This document shows, piece by piece, positions 37,252 to 46,284 of a DNA stretch of 50,687 nt. The position numbers and the translations under genes are program-made. The stretch's first letter is position 1. Every line of letters begins with the position of its first letter. Source of the DNA: a virus (taxonomy: Duplodnaviria > Caudoviricetes); IMG/VR virus record IMGVR_UViG_3300017700_000359, positions 1 to 50,687 of that record; one strand, written 5' to 3'. The notes under the pieces are model-generated. The model was not told where the DNA came from and did no database searches. It was given only the letters and a program-made list of their open reading frames with translations.

Positions 37252-37679
37252 GCTTGAAGCCTTACGAAGATAGCCACGACTACGCCGATGACACCGATGA
37301 TACCTACGAGGTATCCGCCTAGTGCTGCATAGTTCTTACTGGACAATTCAGCCATTCTTTCTTTGAGGTCATTGATCTTCTCATCAAGACCATCGATTTG
37401 TTTAGTAAACGATGCTGCTGCTTTGTCGGCAGCCAGTGTATTACTTTGGTTTTGCTGCGCTACGGCGGCTTCTGCTGCCTTGAACGCTGCTGCGAGAGCG
37501 ATGTCTCTCATTGTGAATTCGGTTGCTACGCCTATGAACTTCTGATCGAATAGTTCACGTAGAGACGCGAGACGTATATCAAGTTCTTCCTTGGCACGGT
37601 CTACCGCGTCGGTAGTAAGCTTAGTAGGATCCGGGACTGGGATACTACTCAAGGGTAAGCTGCCCCCAGCAGAGGTCAC
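37248..37679 (-). CDS. Coiled-coil protein with C-terminal TM
   Basis: ORF track; hydrophobic C-terminus. Confidence 0.7.
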   Translation of the reverse strand: MTSAGGSLPLSSIPVPDPTKLTTDAVDRAKEELDIRLASLRELFDQKFIGVATEFTMRDIALAAAFKAAEAAVAQQNQSNTLAADKAAASFTKQIDGLDEKINDLKERMAELSSKNYAALGGYLVGIIGVIGVVVAIFVRLQA

Positions 37680-37942
37680 TTCACGTAACCCTTACCATGA
37701 GACAGCTCATCAAGCTTTTTTTCAATCATAGACAATCGAGTGTCCTGTACCGCTACTGAAGTGAGGACCCTACCCATTGTGGAAAAGGCCTCTGTCATAG
37801 TTTCTTGCGTCTTCTCTAGATGTGCGACATCATTCTGTAGAAGGACGATGTCTGATTTCATGTTATAAACCAAGCCGATGACACTAGCAATTACGGTAAG
37901 TATCGTTATGATATTACCTAGAGATACAGTCCAGTCGATCAC
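37676..37942 (-). CDS. N-terminal TM plus coiled-coil protein
   Basis: IDWTVSLGNIITI; GTG start. Confidence 0.7.
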   Translation of the reverse strand: MIDWTVSLGNIITILTVIASVIGLVYNMKSDIVLLQNDVAHLEKTQETMTEAFSTMGRVLTSVAVQDTRLSMIEKKLDELSHGKGYVK

Positions 37943-37947
37943 GGGAG

Positions 37948-38265
37948 TTATGCGTTAGTAGGTGTAGGAATAGAATCCGGCACTTTGTCATCGATTGCCT
38001 GAAGACGCGTAGCGATAGCTGTTGCCGATTCTACTGCAGAATCGATAGCAGCTTGCTGTTCAAGTGTCATACCACCGGTCGGGATATTAGCGAGTTGAGA
38101 GAGCAGGTTGTCGGTGTCGGCTGAAACCTTGTCGACTTCAGACGAGATTGCAGAGAGAACGGTAGTAAGGTCTTGGACTGTAGCCATAATTTGATCTTCC
38201 TTTTTTAGAATCTTCTTTAGTAAACGAATAACCTCCAAATCGTGGAGATAGACGTGTACATCCAT
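37948..38265 (-). CDS. Hypothetical coiled-coil protein
   Basis: ORF track. Confidence 0.65.
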   Translation of the reverse strand: MDVHVYLHDLEVIRLLKKILKKEDQIMATVQDLTTVLSAISSEVDKVSADTDNLLSQLANIPTGGMTLEQQAAIDSAVESATAIATRLQAIDDKVPDSIPTPTNA

Positions 38266-38405
38266 CACTCAGGTATCATGCACCAAGCGATGCCACCCAC
38301 GAAGAGGGGTTGAGCGAGCTGGGGTGCAAGCCATAGTGCGACCGTACCCGCAACGATGAATCCGACTGCGAATATGATCTTAACGATGTGAAGGGCTTGG
38401 GTCAT
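38265..38405 (-). CDS. Small two-TM protein (46 aa)
   Basis: MTQALHIVKIIFAVGFIVAG...; start and stop overlap both neighbours (translated by hand). Confidence 0.55.
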   Translation of the reverse strand: MTQALHIVKIIFAVGFIVAGTVALWLAPQLAQPLFVGGIAWCMIPE

Positions 38406-38827
38406 GCTTTGATTGCCTTCCCTGGGACGTTGGTTGTCTGGACGGGAGCAGGCTTGGCATTTACCTTAGCATCGAAGTTCTTCTTGGCTTCGTCTTCTGC
38501 CTTCTTCTGGAGTTCAGACTGCTTCTTCACTTGTTCGTCACGTTGAACACGGGCTTCAGCAGCTTCCTTGTAGGAAGGATCGGACGGAGGAGTTACACCG
38601 ATACGAACGGCTTCGACGTCTTCCTTAGAAGCGACGGCGACGTTCTCGAAACGGGAAGGATTGTCCTTGATGAGGGCTTTCTTCTCGTCTTCGGTGAAGT
38701 AGACTTGGGAGAGGGGAACGTTGTCACGCATACCGTTCGTATAGGAGACGGCTACGAGATCGACGTTAGTGTTAGAAGGCACGAAGGTCGATACGAGACC
38801 CACTTCGCGGTTTTTATAGATTGCCAT
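38402..38827 (-). CDS. Hypothetical protein
   Basis: Strong codon bias; ORF track. Confidence 0.75.
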   Translation of the reverse strand: MAIYKNREVGLVSTFVPSNTNVDLVAVSYTNGMRDNVPLSQVYFTEDEKKALIKDNPSRFENVAVASKEDVEAVRIGVTPPSDPSYKEAAEARVQRDEQVKKQSELQKKAEDEAKKNFDAKVNAKPAPVQTTNVPGKAIKA

Positions 38828-38878
38828 AGGGTTACTTTCTTGTTAGAGGAGGCACGGGTTGCTGTAGTCGCGCATCGA

Positions 38879-39067
38879 TCAGCTGTTAGGCCCTGTTATT
38901 AACCCTTTAGTCGGAGTCACTATACTCGGCGCCGTAGGCACCTCTAGCTTTGGTTTAGACTTCTTTTCGTTCTCGTCTTCGAGAAGTTCGATAGCTCTCT
39001 TGCCAAGCATGGCCTGCATTACGAGAATCCCTCGTTGATCGAGGGCATTTATTAGTTGTTCAAGCAT
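38879..39067 (-). CDS. Hypothetical protein, first gene of the structural arm
   Basis: AGGAG RBS before MLEQLINAL. Confidence 0.6.
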   Translation of the reverse strand: MLEQLINALDQRGILVMQAMLGKRAIELLEDENEKKSKPKLEVPTAPSIVTPTKGLITGPNS

Positions 39068-39076
39068 GTTTACTCC

Positions 39077-39114
39077 TTGACATAAGTATACACTACGCGT
39101 AGTATACTTGTCAA
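39077..39114. promoter_or_regulatory. Overlapping divergent sigma70-type promoters in one palindrome
   Basis: + strand TTGACA-17-TAGTAT; - strand TTGACA-18-TATACT; AGGAG RBS on each side. Confidence 0.8.
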
Positions 39115-39161
39115 CATAGGAGTACTCATGGAAGAAATGGAGATTAGATATTACAAAGGAA

Positions 39162-39362
39162 TTGAAACAGACGAAGACGGAAATACCTTCTGGTACCCCG
39201 TCGTCAAAGAAAGACAAAGAGAAAGCAATAGCTAACTATATGGAATGGGCCTATGCAGACCCTAAGTACCGAGAGTTTACAGACCAGATGGTTAAGGAAT
39301 ATCTCGAGACTGGAGTCCGCCCAGATGTAGAGAAAAGGTTCAAGGAATACCTCAGTGACTGA
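39162..39362 (+). CDS. Hypothetical protein
   Basis: ORF track; AAGGA upstream. Confidence 0.5.
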   Translation: MKQTKTEIPSGTPSSKKDKEKAIANYMEWAYADPKYREFTDQMVKEYLETGVRPDVEKRFKEYLSD

Positions 39363-39741
39363 TTTCTTTATAAAACCCGTTCCACTGCCTATTCCGAGGC
39401 CTTTGATGGAGGAAGTCGTACCAGGAGGCTCCATCGCTTCTAGAATGCCTCTAGAAGCCACAGAGAAGGCCGTGGATGCGTTTTCAGAGGGTGCCCGCTA
39501 CCACCCTACCTTCGAGGGTACAAAACGCATCAGTGAGCTTCCTAGAGGCTCGGAGACACTAATGGAGAAAATACACGAAATGAACGCACAATTCTATGGT
39601 TGGAGTACTGATCCTGAGACTACCAACTACATCGATATCCTGCTGTTCCTATTTGCACTGGGTGTTCTGACTATCGTCGGGATGGTTATTTGGACAGCTA
39701 TACGATTATTCGTAGAGTGGGTAGTAGGTAACAAGGACTAA
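39355..39741 (+). CDS. Hypothetical protein with C-terminal TM
   Basis: ORF track; overlaps motif copy 3. Confidence 0.45.
   Translation: MTDFFIKPVPLPIPRPLMEEVVPGGSIASRMPLEATEKAVDAFSEGARYHPTFEGTKRISELPRGSETLMEKIHEMNAQFYGWSTDPETTNYIDILLFLFALGVLTIVGMVIWTAIRLFVEWVVGNKD
39494..39549. repeat. Dispersed ~60 bp motif, copy 3
   Basis: CCCGCTACCACCCTA-N15-AACGCATCAGTGAGCTTCCTAGAGGC. Confidence 0.75.
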
Positions 39742-39980
39742 AAATTTCTGTTCGATATTTATGAGGGGTAATTCAAAGCGCGCTAAGGCCGGGGGCACCC
39801 CCGACATCGAGTTCTGGCATGCAAGATGCCACTGATTTGCAAATTAGAAGCGTTCTAAGACTCTGGCCGTGTCTGACTGGCATACAAGATACTGTATTAC
39901 ATAGAACAGGAATACCCTATGCCAGTACTGTTGAATACCATACGGATTAATACAGTATACCCTATGGTATCCTTACGGTA

Positions 39981-40107
39981 AGACATAAGAGAATAATATT
40001 CTAAGGCTATGACAATTATAGCCGTAGGCATTTATTCTCTATCATCTGTCGTTTAGACATAAGAAAAGAATAACATTCTACAGAATAAACAAATTATAGA
40101 ATAACAT
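39981..40107. repeat. AT-rich short direct repeats in the non-coding interval
   Basis: AGACATAAGA..GAATAAYATTCTA at 39981 and 40055; AGAATAA at 40082 and 40098. Confidence 0.7.
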
Positions 40108-40408
40108 GGCTTTACATAAGGATTGTTGCCCTCTATGATGATTGAAGGTTAAGGGTTAGTTGATAGAGGCAAATACGGAACTGAGTTCCCGGCGCTTTAT
40201 CCCTGTCCTTGGCTAGTTGCTCTTGCCAGCTATGGTTCGGCCATAGCCCCGCCCTGCACTGATGATGGGCGCGGAAAAGGGCAAGGAACTATTCTGTCTG
40301 GTAGGCATTGGTATGTCGTCGCATGTATTTGCGGCCAAGCCATGTCTGGTTTCCAGCGGCGATCTACGGGCCACGCGTAACGTGGCATTCAAAAGAGAGG
40401 CAATGACA

Positions 40409-41443
40409 ATGACTGAACTCAACAAATCGCTTGGTCAGAAGCAAATCGAAGCTGCCCGTTTCGCTGCATCCCATGTTCCTCCCGAGTTCCTGTCGTCCGT
40501 GTCAACGGTCGTCAAGGCAAAGGAAGATTGGGAAGGCGGGCCGGTCACAATCTGGCAGGCAACCGTCAAGTTCTACAGTGGCGACGCTTTCGATAGCTTC
40601 CCTGATCCTCAGTCGAAGGAAGGCGAAGGCGAGAACAACCCGTGCAAGTTCAATGTGATGGAACCCAGCGGGAAGGATGGCAAGCTAAAGGCGAAAGAGA
40701 AGGACTATTACAACATCTTCGCCGATAACCTGCCTCCGGCCGTCACTCTCTACCAAGAGAAGGATTGGCTTGAACGTCTCGGAAACGACAAGATGAAAAC
40801 GGATGGCATCCCCGCCGAGTTCATCGCCGAGTATGGTGGTGCCTCGCATTCCAAGCTGGTTGCTCGCGATGCAAGGCTTGCCAAGGTCAAGAACCGGATC
40901 AACTACTACCGGGCCACGATCAAGGCCGGCTTTGGGCTGCGGTTCCAACTCGAAAAGGTCAACGAGTTGAGCGGCGTTCATGCTGAAGTTGTTCCGTCAG
41001 CTGACGGCAAGGGCTATGAGAACCGCGTTCGCGTGCGGTCTACCATGGTCGGCCGGGAGCTGGAGGACAACGAGGGCATGACGATCAAAGCATTCATGAA
41101 ACTGGATGCAATGATTGCGTTCAAGAATGGCGCTACCTTCCATGCCTTGATGGCAACGAAGAAGCGCCAGCAAGAAGAGAATGCGGCTGAAGGTCGTATC
41201 ACTACGGCAGAAGCTGCACGCAACGCCTTCCTTTCGCTGCACGATTATCTCGATACGATCGTGACCGACAGCAAGCAGGAACAGTACTCATCTTGGGTCA
41301 AGTTCCTCAATACCAAGGCGGGCGATGATACCTTCATGACGCTGTGTGATATCCGTGATATCATCAATGGCATGATCGAGAAGACCAGCAAGCCAGGCGA
41401 GCGTCGGCAAGCTATCGCCGCACGTATGGCGGATGCTGCTTAA
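40409..41443 (+). CDS. Hypothetical early protein (ends DAA)
   Basis: GAGAGG RBS at 40395; GC3-rich codons; start refined from 40262. Confidence 0.8.
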   Translation: MTELNKSLGQKQIEAARFAASHVPPEFLSSVSTVVKAKEDWEGGPVTIWQATVKFYSGDAFDSFPDPQSKEGEGENNPCKFNVMEPSGKDGKLKAKEKDYYNIFADNLPPAVTLYQEKDWLERLGNDKMKTDGIPAEFIAEYGGASHSKLVARDARLAKVKNRINYYRATIKAGFGLRFQLEKVNELSGVHAEVVPSADGKGYENRVRVRSTMVGRELEDNEGMTIKAFMKLDAMIAFKNGATFHALMATKKRQQEENAAEGRITTAEAARNAFLSLHDYLDTIVTDSKQEQYSSWVKFLNTKAGDDTFMTLCDIRDIINGMIEKTSKPGERRQAIAARMADAA

Positions 41444-41464
41444 TCCCTCTAGGGTTGCAAGCCT

Positions 41465-41488
41465 CCCCGCATCAGCAATGGTGCGGGG
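41465..41488 (+). promoter_or_regulatory. GC-rich hairpin downstream of the early gene
   Basis: CCCCGCATC/GGTGCGGGG stem. Confidence 0.45.
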
Positions 41489-41542
41489 TAGCGTGCAACA
41501 AAACCTGTCATAGTGGCGGGTTGGCACGACGAGGGAACTACC

Positions 41543-41845
41543 ATGAAATACGTTGTCCTTTGCAATACCATTCGCCGCGACTTCGAACAGCAGCGGGAAC
41601 ACATGACAACGCATACCATGCTGGTTTGCGTCAACAAGAAGGAAGCGCGACGAATTCAGGAAGCGCTGTCCAAAGCAGACTGGCAGGAACAAAAGGACGG
41701 GCCGAACTACATTCAACGGACATATGAGGTTGCGGTGCAACTCTATGCCGGGACCGTCAAGCGGCAGAAGATCACTCTCTCCGAAAGCGATCTCGAAATG
41801 ATCGCCTGCGAATTCACCGCACCGCAGCAGATCGCGGCCGAGTGA
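41543..41845 (+). CDS. Hypothetical protein
   Basis: GAGGG RBS before MKYVVL. Confidence 0.7.
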   Translation: MKYVVLCNTIRRDFEQQREHMTTHTMLVCVNKKEARRIQEALSKADWQEQKDGPNYIQRTYEVAVQLYAGTVKRQKITLSESDLEMIACEFTAPQQIAAE

Positions 41846-42128
41846 TCTAGGTCACACAGTGACCGTGATATAAATACCACACCCTGTGATGTATTTGCAA
41901 CAGTGTTGCATTTATGTCACAGGGTTTTTTTTTGTCTGATGACAGGTTTTGCGGTGCGGTATGTGGGTATGGCATGGTGTGTACGTGTGTCATATACACC
42001 ACTAATCCAGGTGATGATAGGTTTTTCAGGCCGTGTATGTGCACGTTTAAGGGATTGTGGTGGCGACCATGAAATCATATGGCACAGGGCTGGTTTGTGC
42101 AGGGATTTGTTTACGACGGTAAGTGTGG

Positions 42129-42157
42129 TTGACCTAAGGACGCGTATTTGAGATAAT
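42129..42157 (+). promoter_or_regulatory. Sigma70-type early promoter
   Basis: TTGACC-17-GATAAT. Confidence 0.7.
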
Positions 42158-42203
42158 GTATGTACAGTCGGAGAGCGGCTCTGGCTGGTGAGGGAGAACT
42201 CTT

Positions 42204-42443
42204 ATGTATATGATTATGACGGACAGAGGTTGGCGTCCATTCCACGAGCTGAACAAGCCGTGTCCAAATAGCAACGATCTCGAAGGCGTGCATCAAAGGC
42301 ATGATCTTGAGATTGTACGTGACTTTATGACCGCACGTGCTACGCGTTTCGCTGTTGCACTCGATACCGATCAGTTCGGTATGTCGTTCAACGGTGATCG
42401 CTTCAATGAGCCGTTGTTCGGAGCATTCGGGGAGAAGCTCTGA
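42204..42443 (+). CDS. Hypothetical protein
   Basis: GAGGGAG RBS. Confidence 0.7.
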   Translation: MYMIMTDRGWRPFHELNKPCPNSNDLEGVHQRHDLEIVRDFMTARATRFAVALDTDQFGMSFNGDRFNEPLFGAFGEKL

Positions 42444-42652
42444 TGCGTAAACGTGGGCACACTCAAGGGTTGGACCAACTTGGCCCGACCCAAGTATGGA
42501 AGGATGGAGAAAAGCTTAGATTGCCATCCACACTTGGATTGCGTCACAGCATTTCTTCACGGGTCTTGTCTTCATCTCGGCACAGGAAGGTGAAGATTAC
42601 CTTATCCGATCATCTGTTTTCTTCGGATGAGATCAAGACGAAGGAGGATTAG
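42443..42652 (+). CDS. Hypothetical protein
   Basis: TGATG coupling to the upstream gene. Confidence 0.55.
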   Translation: MRKRGHTQGLDQLGPTQVWKDGEKLRLPSTLGLRHSISSRVLSSSRHRKVKITLSDHLFSSDEIKTKED

Positions 42653-42982
42653 ATGCGTGAGTCAGATTCAAGGATGATCATCTTCTGGATGTTCATCATG
42701 ATTGTAGCTATAGCAACAGCTATACTTCTTAAGGTTGTACTTAGCTGACTTGTCTTGCGATGTCAGCCTCTGGCGGGTACGCCCGTTTCAGTTCAGTTCG
42801 TGGCTACACTAGCCGAGATAGTGTCACCCTAGGAAGATAGTCTATCTGAGGGGTATAAACCCGGAGCTGGGCGTCTCCGCAACTTCCGCCTACCTATTTG
42901 GAGGTACTATGCAACACGATCATCACATCGTAGCGTATCGTTCGTGGTTATATCAACTGATCCATCTACTGAGGAGACGGGC

Positions 42983-43201
42983 ATGAAACATATTCAGATA
43001 CGGATGAAGACATCGAAGGATGCTCTTCGTGAGTGTGAGAGGCGTGACCAAGACTGGCAGTTATACTTCGAAGGCTATACTCGGCCTCACTTCAAGCTGC
43101 CTGTTGTTGCGAGTCATCTTGACTTCATTGCAGCTGAGCCACTGACTGCAATGGAAGACTTCAGGGCTATTGGTTGGCATGGTAGGAGGAGGGTCCTTTG
43201 A
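42983..43201 (+). CDS. Hypothetical protein
   Basis: GAGGAG RBS before MKHIQI. Confidence 0.6.
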   Translation: MKHIQIRMKTSKDALRECERRDQDWQLYFEGYTRPHFKLPVVASHLDFIAAEPLTAMEDFRAIGWHGRRRVL

Positions 43202-43740
43202 AACGTGCAGCACTGCTGATTGATGGAAGCAATGCCTATGCCAGTGGCATGGCGTTGGGATTCCAGATTGATTACGTCAAGTTCCTATCTTTCTTTCGTA
43301 AGAGGTATGATATCAATCGTGCGTTGTACTTTACTGCTCTTCCTCCGAAGGACATGGTGTCACCACTGCGTCCGATGACTACATTCCTTGAGCACAACGG
43401 CTATACCGTTGTATCCAAGGAGACCAAAGACTACATCAACCATGCAGGTGAGAAGAAGCGTAAGGGTAACATGGACTGTGAGATTGCAGTCTATGCTACC
43501 AAGTATGCCGAAGTGGTTGATGAGATGGTGTTGTTTTCTGGAGACGGAGACTTCCGCTGTGTTGTAGAACGTGTGCAAGAGCTGGGCACACGTGTGACTG
43601 TTCTGTCTACTCTCGTTGGTCACATGGTTGCTGACAGTCTACGTCGGCAGGCTGATGAGTTCATCGAACTCGATAGTATGCGCGCTGACATAGAGCACAT
43701 GAAGAATGGTGCTGTCAAGCGCTATACCCTGAAGGAGTAG
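43198..43740 (+). CDS. NYN-domain (LabA/DUF88, PIN-like) putative ribonuclease
   Basis: LLIDGSN, KGNMDCEIA, LFSGDGDF, LRRQADEFIEL. Confidence 0.93.
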   Translation: MKRAALLIDGSNAYASGMALGFQIDYVKFLSFFRKRYDINRALYFTALPPKDMVSPLRPMTTFLEHNGYTVVSKETKDYINHAGEKKRKGNMDCEIAVYATKYAEVVDEMVLFSGDGDFRCVVERVQELGTRVTVLSTLVGHMVADSLRRQADEFIELDSMRADIEHMKNGAVKRYTLKE

Positions 43741-43742
43741 TC

Positions 43743-43997
43743 ATGAAGTTCACCTTCATTGGTACTGTCCTTGGTTGTGATAATTACGGTGCAACCGAAG
43801 GGCAGTTCTCTTTCATAATAGGACATATCAAAGATATGGGTTGGGTGGCGTCCTATAAGGATCGTTTCTATCAGGGAGGACAAAGCAGTCACTTCATTCT
43901 CAATGAAGGTAAGCGTAGCATCGATAACCCATTCAAGACAAGAGACCAAGCGGAAGCTGCCTGTCGGCGTAAGATGAAGGAACTTAGACTGTCTTAG
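43743..43997 (+). CDS. Hypothetical protein
   Basis: AAGGAG RBS; PFKTRDQAEAAC. Confidence 0.7.
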   Translation: MKFTFIGTVLGCDNYGATEGQFSFIIGHIKDMGWVASYKDRFYQGGQSSHFILNEGKRSIDNPFKTRDQAEAACRRKMKELRLS

Positions 43998-44024
43998 ATA
44001 TCAAACCGGCGGCGGATAAGCACG

Positions 44025-44053
44025 CTTATACACACCGTTTGTCTGTCTGTCAA
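44025..44053 (-). promoter_or_regulatory. Antisense sigma70-type promoter
   Basis: - strand TTGACA-17-TATAAG. Confidence 0.6.
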
Positions 44054-44103
44054 GGGTAAATATGCACTTATGACAGGTTTTTCGGCCTGCGTATGGAGGT
44101 TTT

Positions 44104-44295
44104 ATGTACCCCGATCAGTGGTGCCTAAAGGCTGGTAAGCCTGCGCTTGCCCGTAAGACGGCTTGTAGGCGTGCCCGCAGGAAGAAGAAGGTTCAATTGT
44201 ATTACTATAAGTGCCCTCACTGCGATGGCTGGCACGTAACTAGCCTACAATTGTACCAAGGTAAGGAGAACATCAAACCACCCCGTGTAACCTGA
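44104..44295 (+). CDS. Small putative Zn-binding protein
   Basis: GGAGG RBS; C...K...YKCPHCDGWHVTS. Confidence 0.75.
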   Translation: MYPDQWCLKAGKPALARKTACRRARRKKKVQLYYYKCPHCDGWHVTSLQLYQGKENIKPPRVT

Positions 44296-44331
44296 GTTAA
44301 TCGGGAGATTTGTTTTCAAGACTAAGTGTGG

Positions 44332-44360
44332 TTGACGTAAGAGATGGCATGTCCTATACT
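44332..44360 (+). promoter_or_regulatory. Sigma70-type early promoter
   Basis: TTGACG-17-TATACT. Confidence 0.75.
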
Positions 44361-44385
44361 GTAAGGACAATGAGGGAGGCGATGA

Positions 44386-44940
44386 ATGGGAAATAGGAAC
44401 ATCGCAGCCAAGCGGAGAAAGCTGCAGAAACATATCTCCGCATTACCCCGTGTCATCACGTATGACACTCCGGGTACGTTCACTACGTGGGAGGGCAGCA
44501 AGATGCCCGACCGACTCAAGGCAGAACGTGTGTCTGCTCCGGGAGGCATGAACCGTGAAGTAATGCTCACCCTAAAGAACGGTGTGAAATCCCTTGGTGT
44601 GTCCATGGGTGAGATCGATGAGATGATCCTCCGTATGTACGGGAGATTGTTCATCGGTACACCAGCAGGCAAGGCTGAGGTACGGGACACCATCATGCGT
44701 CTCCGTAAGGAGAAGATGGTTAATCACTTTGTTAACCTACGTGACAACGCTTACGAGCGTGTCAGACTGTATTATCGGGAAGATAGGACGAAGTTCATCC
44801 TTGTAAGGGACGACAAACGAAGACTGACAGTTCAAATCAGCTTACCCTACCCCGATAAGTCATTGGCCCTGCGTAGCTGGACACTCGATCGTGTACGCTG
44901 GGTTGAAAAGACCACTTCGGTTGCCCCTCCCGAAGTGTAG
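44386..44940 (+). CDS. Hypothetical basic protein
   Basis: GGGAGG RBS. Confidence 0.7.
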   Translation: MGNRNIAAKRRKLQKHISALPRVITYDTPGTFTTWEGSKMPDRLKAERVSAPGGMNREVMLTLKNGVKSLGVSMGEIDEMILRMYGRLFIGTPAGKAEVRDTIMRLRKEKMVNHFVNLRDNAYERVRLYYREDRTKFILVRDDKRRLTVQISLPYPDKSLALRSWTLDRVRWVEKTTSVAPPEV

Positions 44941-44962
44941 CGTGGCCGCACCGCGCAGGTAG

Positions 44963-44990
44963 CCCTCGGAGAGAAATCTCCGGGGGTTTT
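44963..44990 (+). terminator. Intrinsic terminator
   Basis: CCCTCGGAGA-GAAA-TCTCCGGGGG then TTTT. Confidence 0.8.
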
Positions 44991-45031
44991 ACTTTGTTAA
45001 TACCAAGAAGAAGCAACAATGGGAGTAACCC

Positions 45032-45355
45032 ATGTACGTCTATCGTGTAGAGCACAAGGAAATTGGGATCGGTCCTTATCAGTGTTGTGCAGCATGCGAT
45101 CCCCGTCTGTATGATGATGATCATCCGTCTCCCACTCAGAGTGGTATCACGATGGAGCCAGATGATTTCTCCTGCTTCGCTAAACCGACTGACCTGACGA
45201 AGTGGTTTCGCTCTTCGGACATGACCAACTTTAAGAAGGCTGGCTTTGATGTCTTTCGCTATGAGGTCAAGGCTGATCACGTCAAGCTTGGTGATAAGCA
45301 GGCTGCGTTCAAGAAGGACAAGGCCTACAAAAGGGAAAGGGTAACGGTGCACTGA
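45032..45355 (+). CDS. Hypothetical protein (remote ADP-ribosyltransferase-like pattern possible)
   Basis: VYRVEH...GPY...H..P...CF...L.KWF...GF..Y.V...Q..F. Confidence 0.7.
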   Translation: MYVYRVEHKEIGIGPYQCCAACDPRLYDDDHPSPTQSGITMEPDDFSCFAKPTDLTKWFRSSDMTNFKKAGFDVFRYEVKADHVKLGDKQAAFKKDKAYKRERVTVH

Positions 45356-45660
45356 TGGGCATCAAGGAAGCTATCGCAGCATTCAAGCAGGCAGCTGCTG
45401 AGCCTGAGAGATTCGACCTGTATATGCTCGGCCATCTGGTCGGCACGTATACGAACTGGTGCATGACGGAGGATCAGGATCTGTACCTGTACTCTGACTT
45501 CTATCCGCGTGCTCCCAAGGGTATCTTCCCGATCGGCAACATCGCTGTCGATTACGCGGAAGGTGAGGTGTATTTGTTCGAAGAGGACAAAGAACAGGAG
45601 GTGGAGATCGACTACGACAGTGCCGTCAATATCATTGAGGCAATCGCAAAGGAGCTTTAG
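45355..45660 (+). CDS. Hypothetical acidic protein
   Basis: TGATG coupling to the upstream gene. Confidence 0.7.
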   Translation: MGIKEAIAAFKQAAAEPERFDLYMLGHLVGTYTNWCMTEDQDLYLYSDFYPRAPKGIFPIGNIAVDYAEGEVYLFEEDKEQEVEIDYDSAVNIIEAIAKEL

Positions 45661-46284
45661 ATGTGGGAGTTCTTTCAGGATGTCGCCGGTGTAGTACTGG
45701 GCCTCCTGTATATCACCGGACAATGGTTGTCCATCATCTATGAGGCCGGCCGCCTTCGGGCGTTCGAGAATTCCGAGATCATCTATGGTCTTGGAGCAGC
45801 CATCATTGCGTGCGGCTTGGTGGCTTTGATGCTACGGGCTGTGTGGCAGCGTTGGCTGCGTGATAAGGTCAGGCCGATATACTGGAAGCTCATTCAGCGT
45901 CCGGCTCATCGCATCCTTGGCCCTGTCCGTCGTCTTCATCGTCGCTGGTCCGAAAGGAATCAGGAGAAGAGGATGGCAAAGTGGAAGGCAGGAGCTCTAG
46001 CCGACATCGTTGGTGATGCCTTGCTGGAAGCTAACGTGGTCGGTGTGATATCCGATCAGGAGTATCGGGCATATATGCAGAAGGCTGGTAAGGCTCTTGG
46101 TCTTCCCGATCTTGTGCGTATCTCCAACAACAAGTTGGCTATCGCTCACCGTGTCAAGAAGAATGACACGTCCAAGCATGGCCCGAAGGGTAAGCTCCCC
46201 GGCGGTAAACCCGGCGAGGATATCGTTCCTCACTATGAGGGACTCGGTGATCGCTTCTTGAAGCGTCACAGAAAGACAGCTTAA
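45661..46284 (+). CDS. Hypothetical membrane protein
   Basis: AAGGAG RBS; two N-terminal TM segments. Confidence 0.65.
   Translation: MWEFFQDVAGVVLGLLYITGQWLSIIYEAGRLRAFENSEIIYGLGAAIIACGLVALMLRAVWQRWLRDKVRPIYWKLIQRPAHRILGPVRRLHRRWSERNQEKRMAKWKAGALADIVGDALLEANVVGVISDQEYRAYMQKAGKALGLPDLVRISNNKLAIAHRVKKNDTSKHGPKGKLPGGKPGEDIVPHYEGLGDRFLKRHRKTA

Noticed and set aside
39981-40107. CRISPR-like array
   Set aside because: Only two or three short degenerate repeats with irregular spacing.
40149-40163. CtrA box (TTAA-N7-TTGA)
   Set aside because: A single imperfect match in an AT-rich region is too weak to support.
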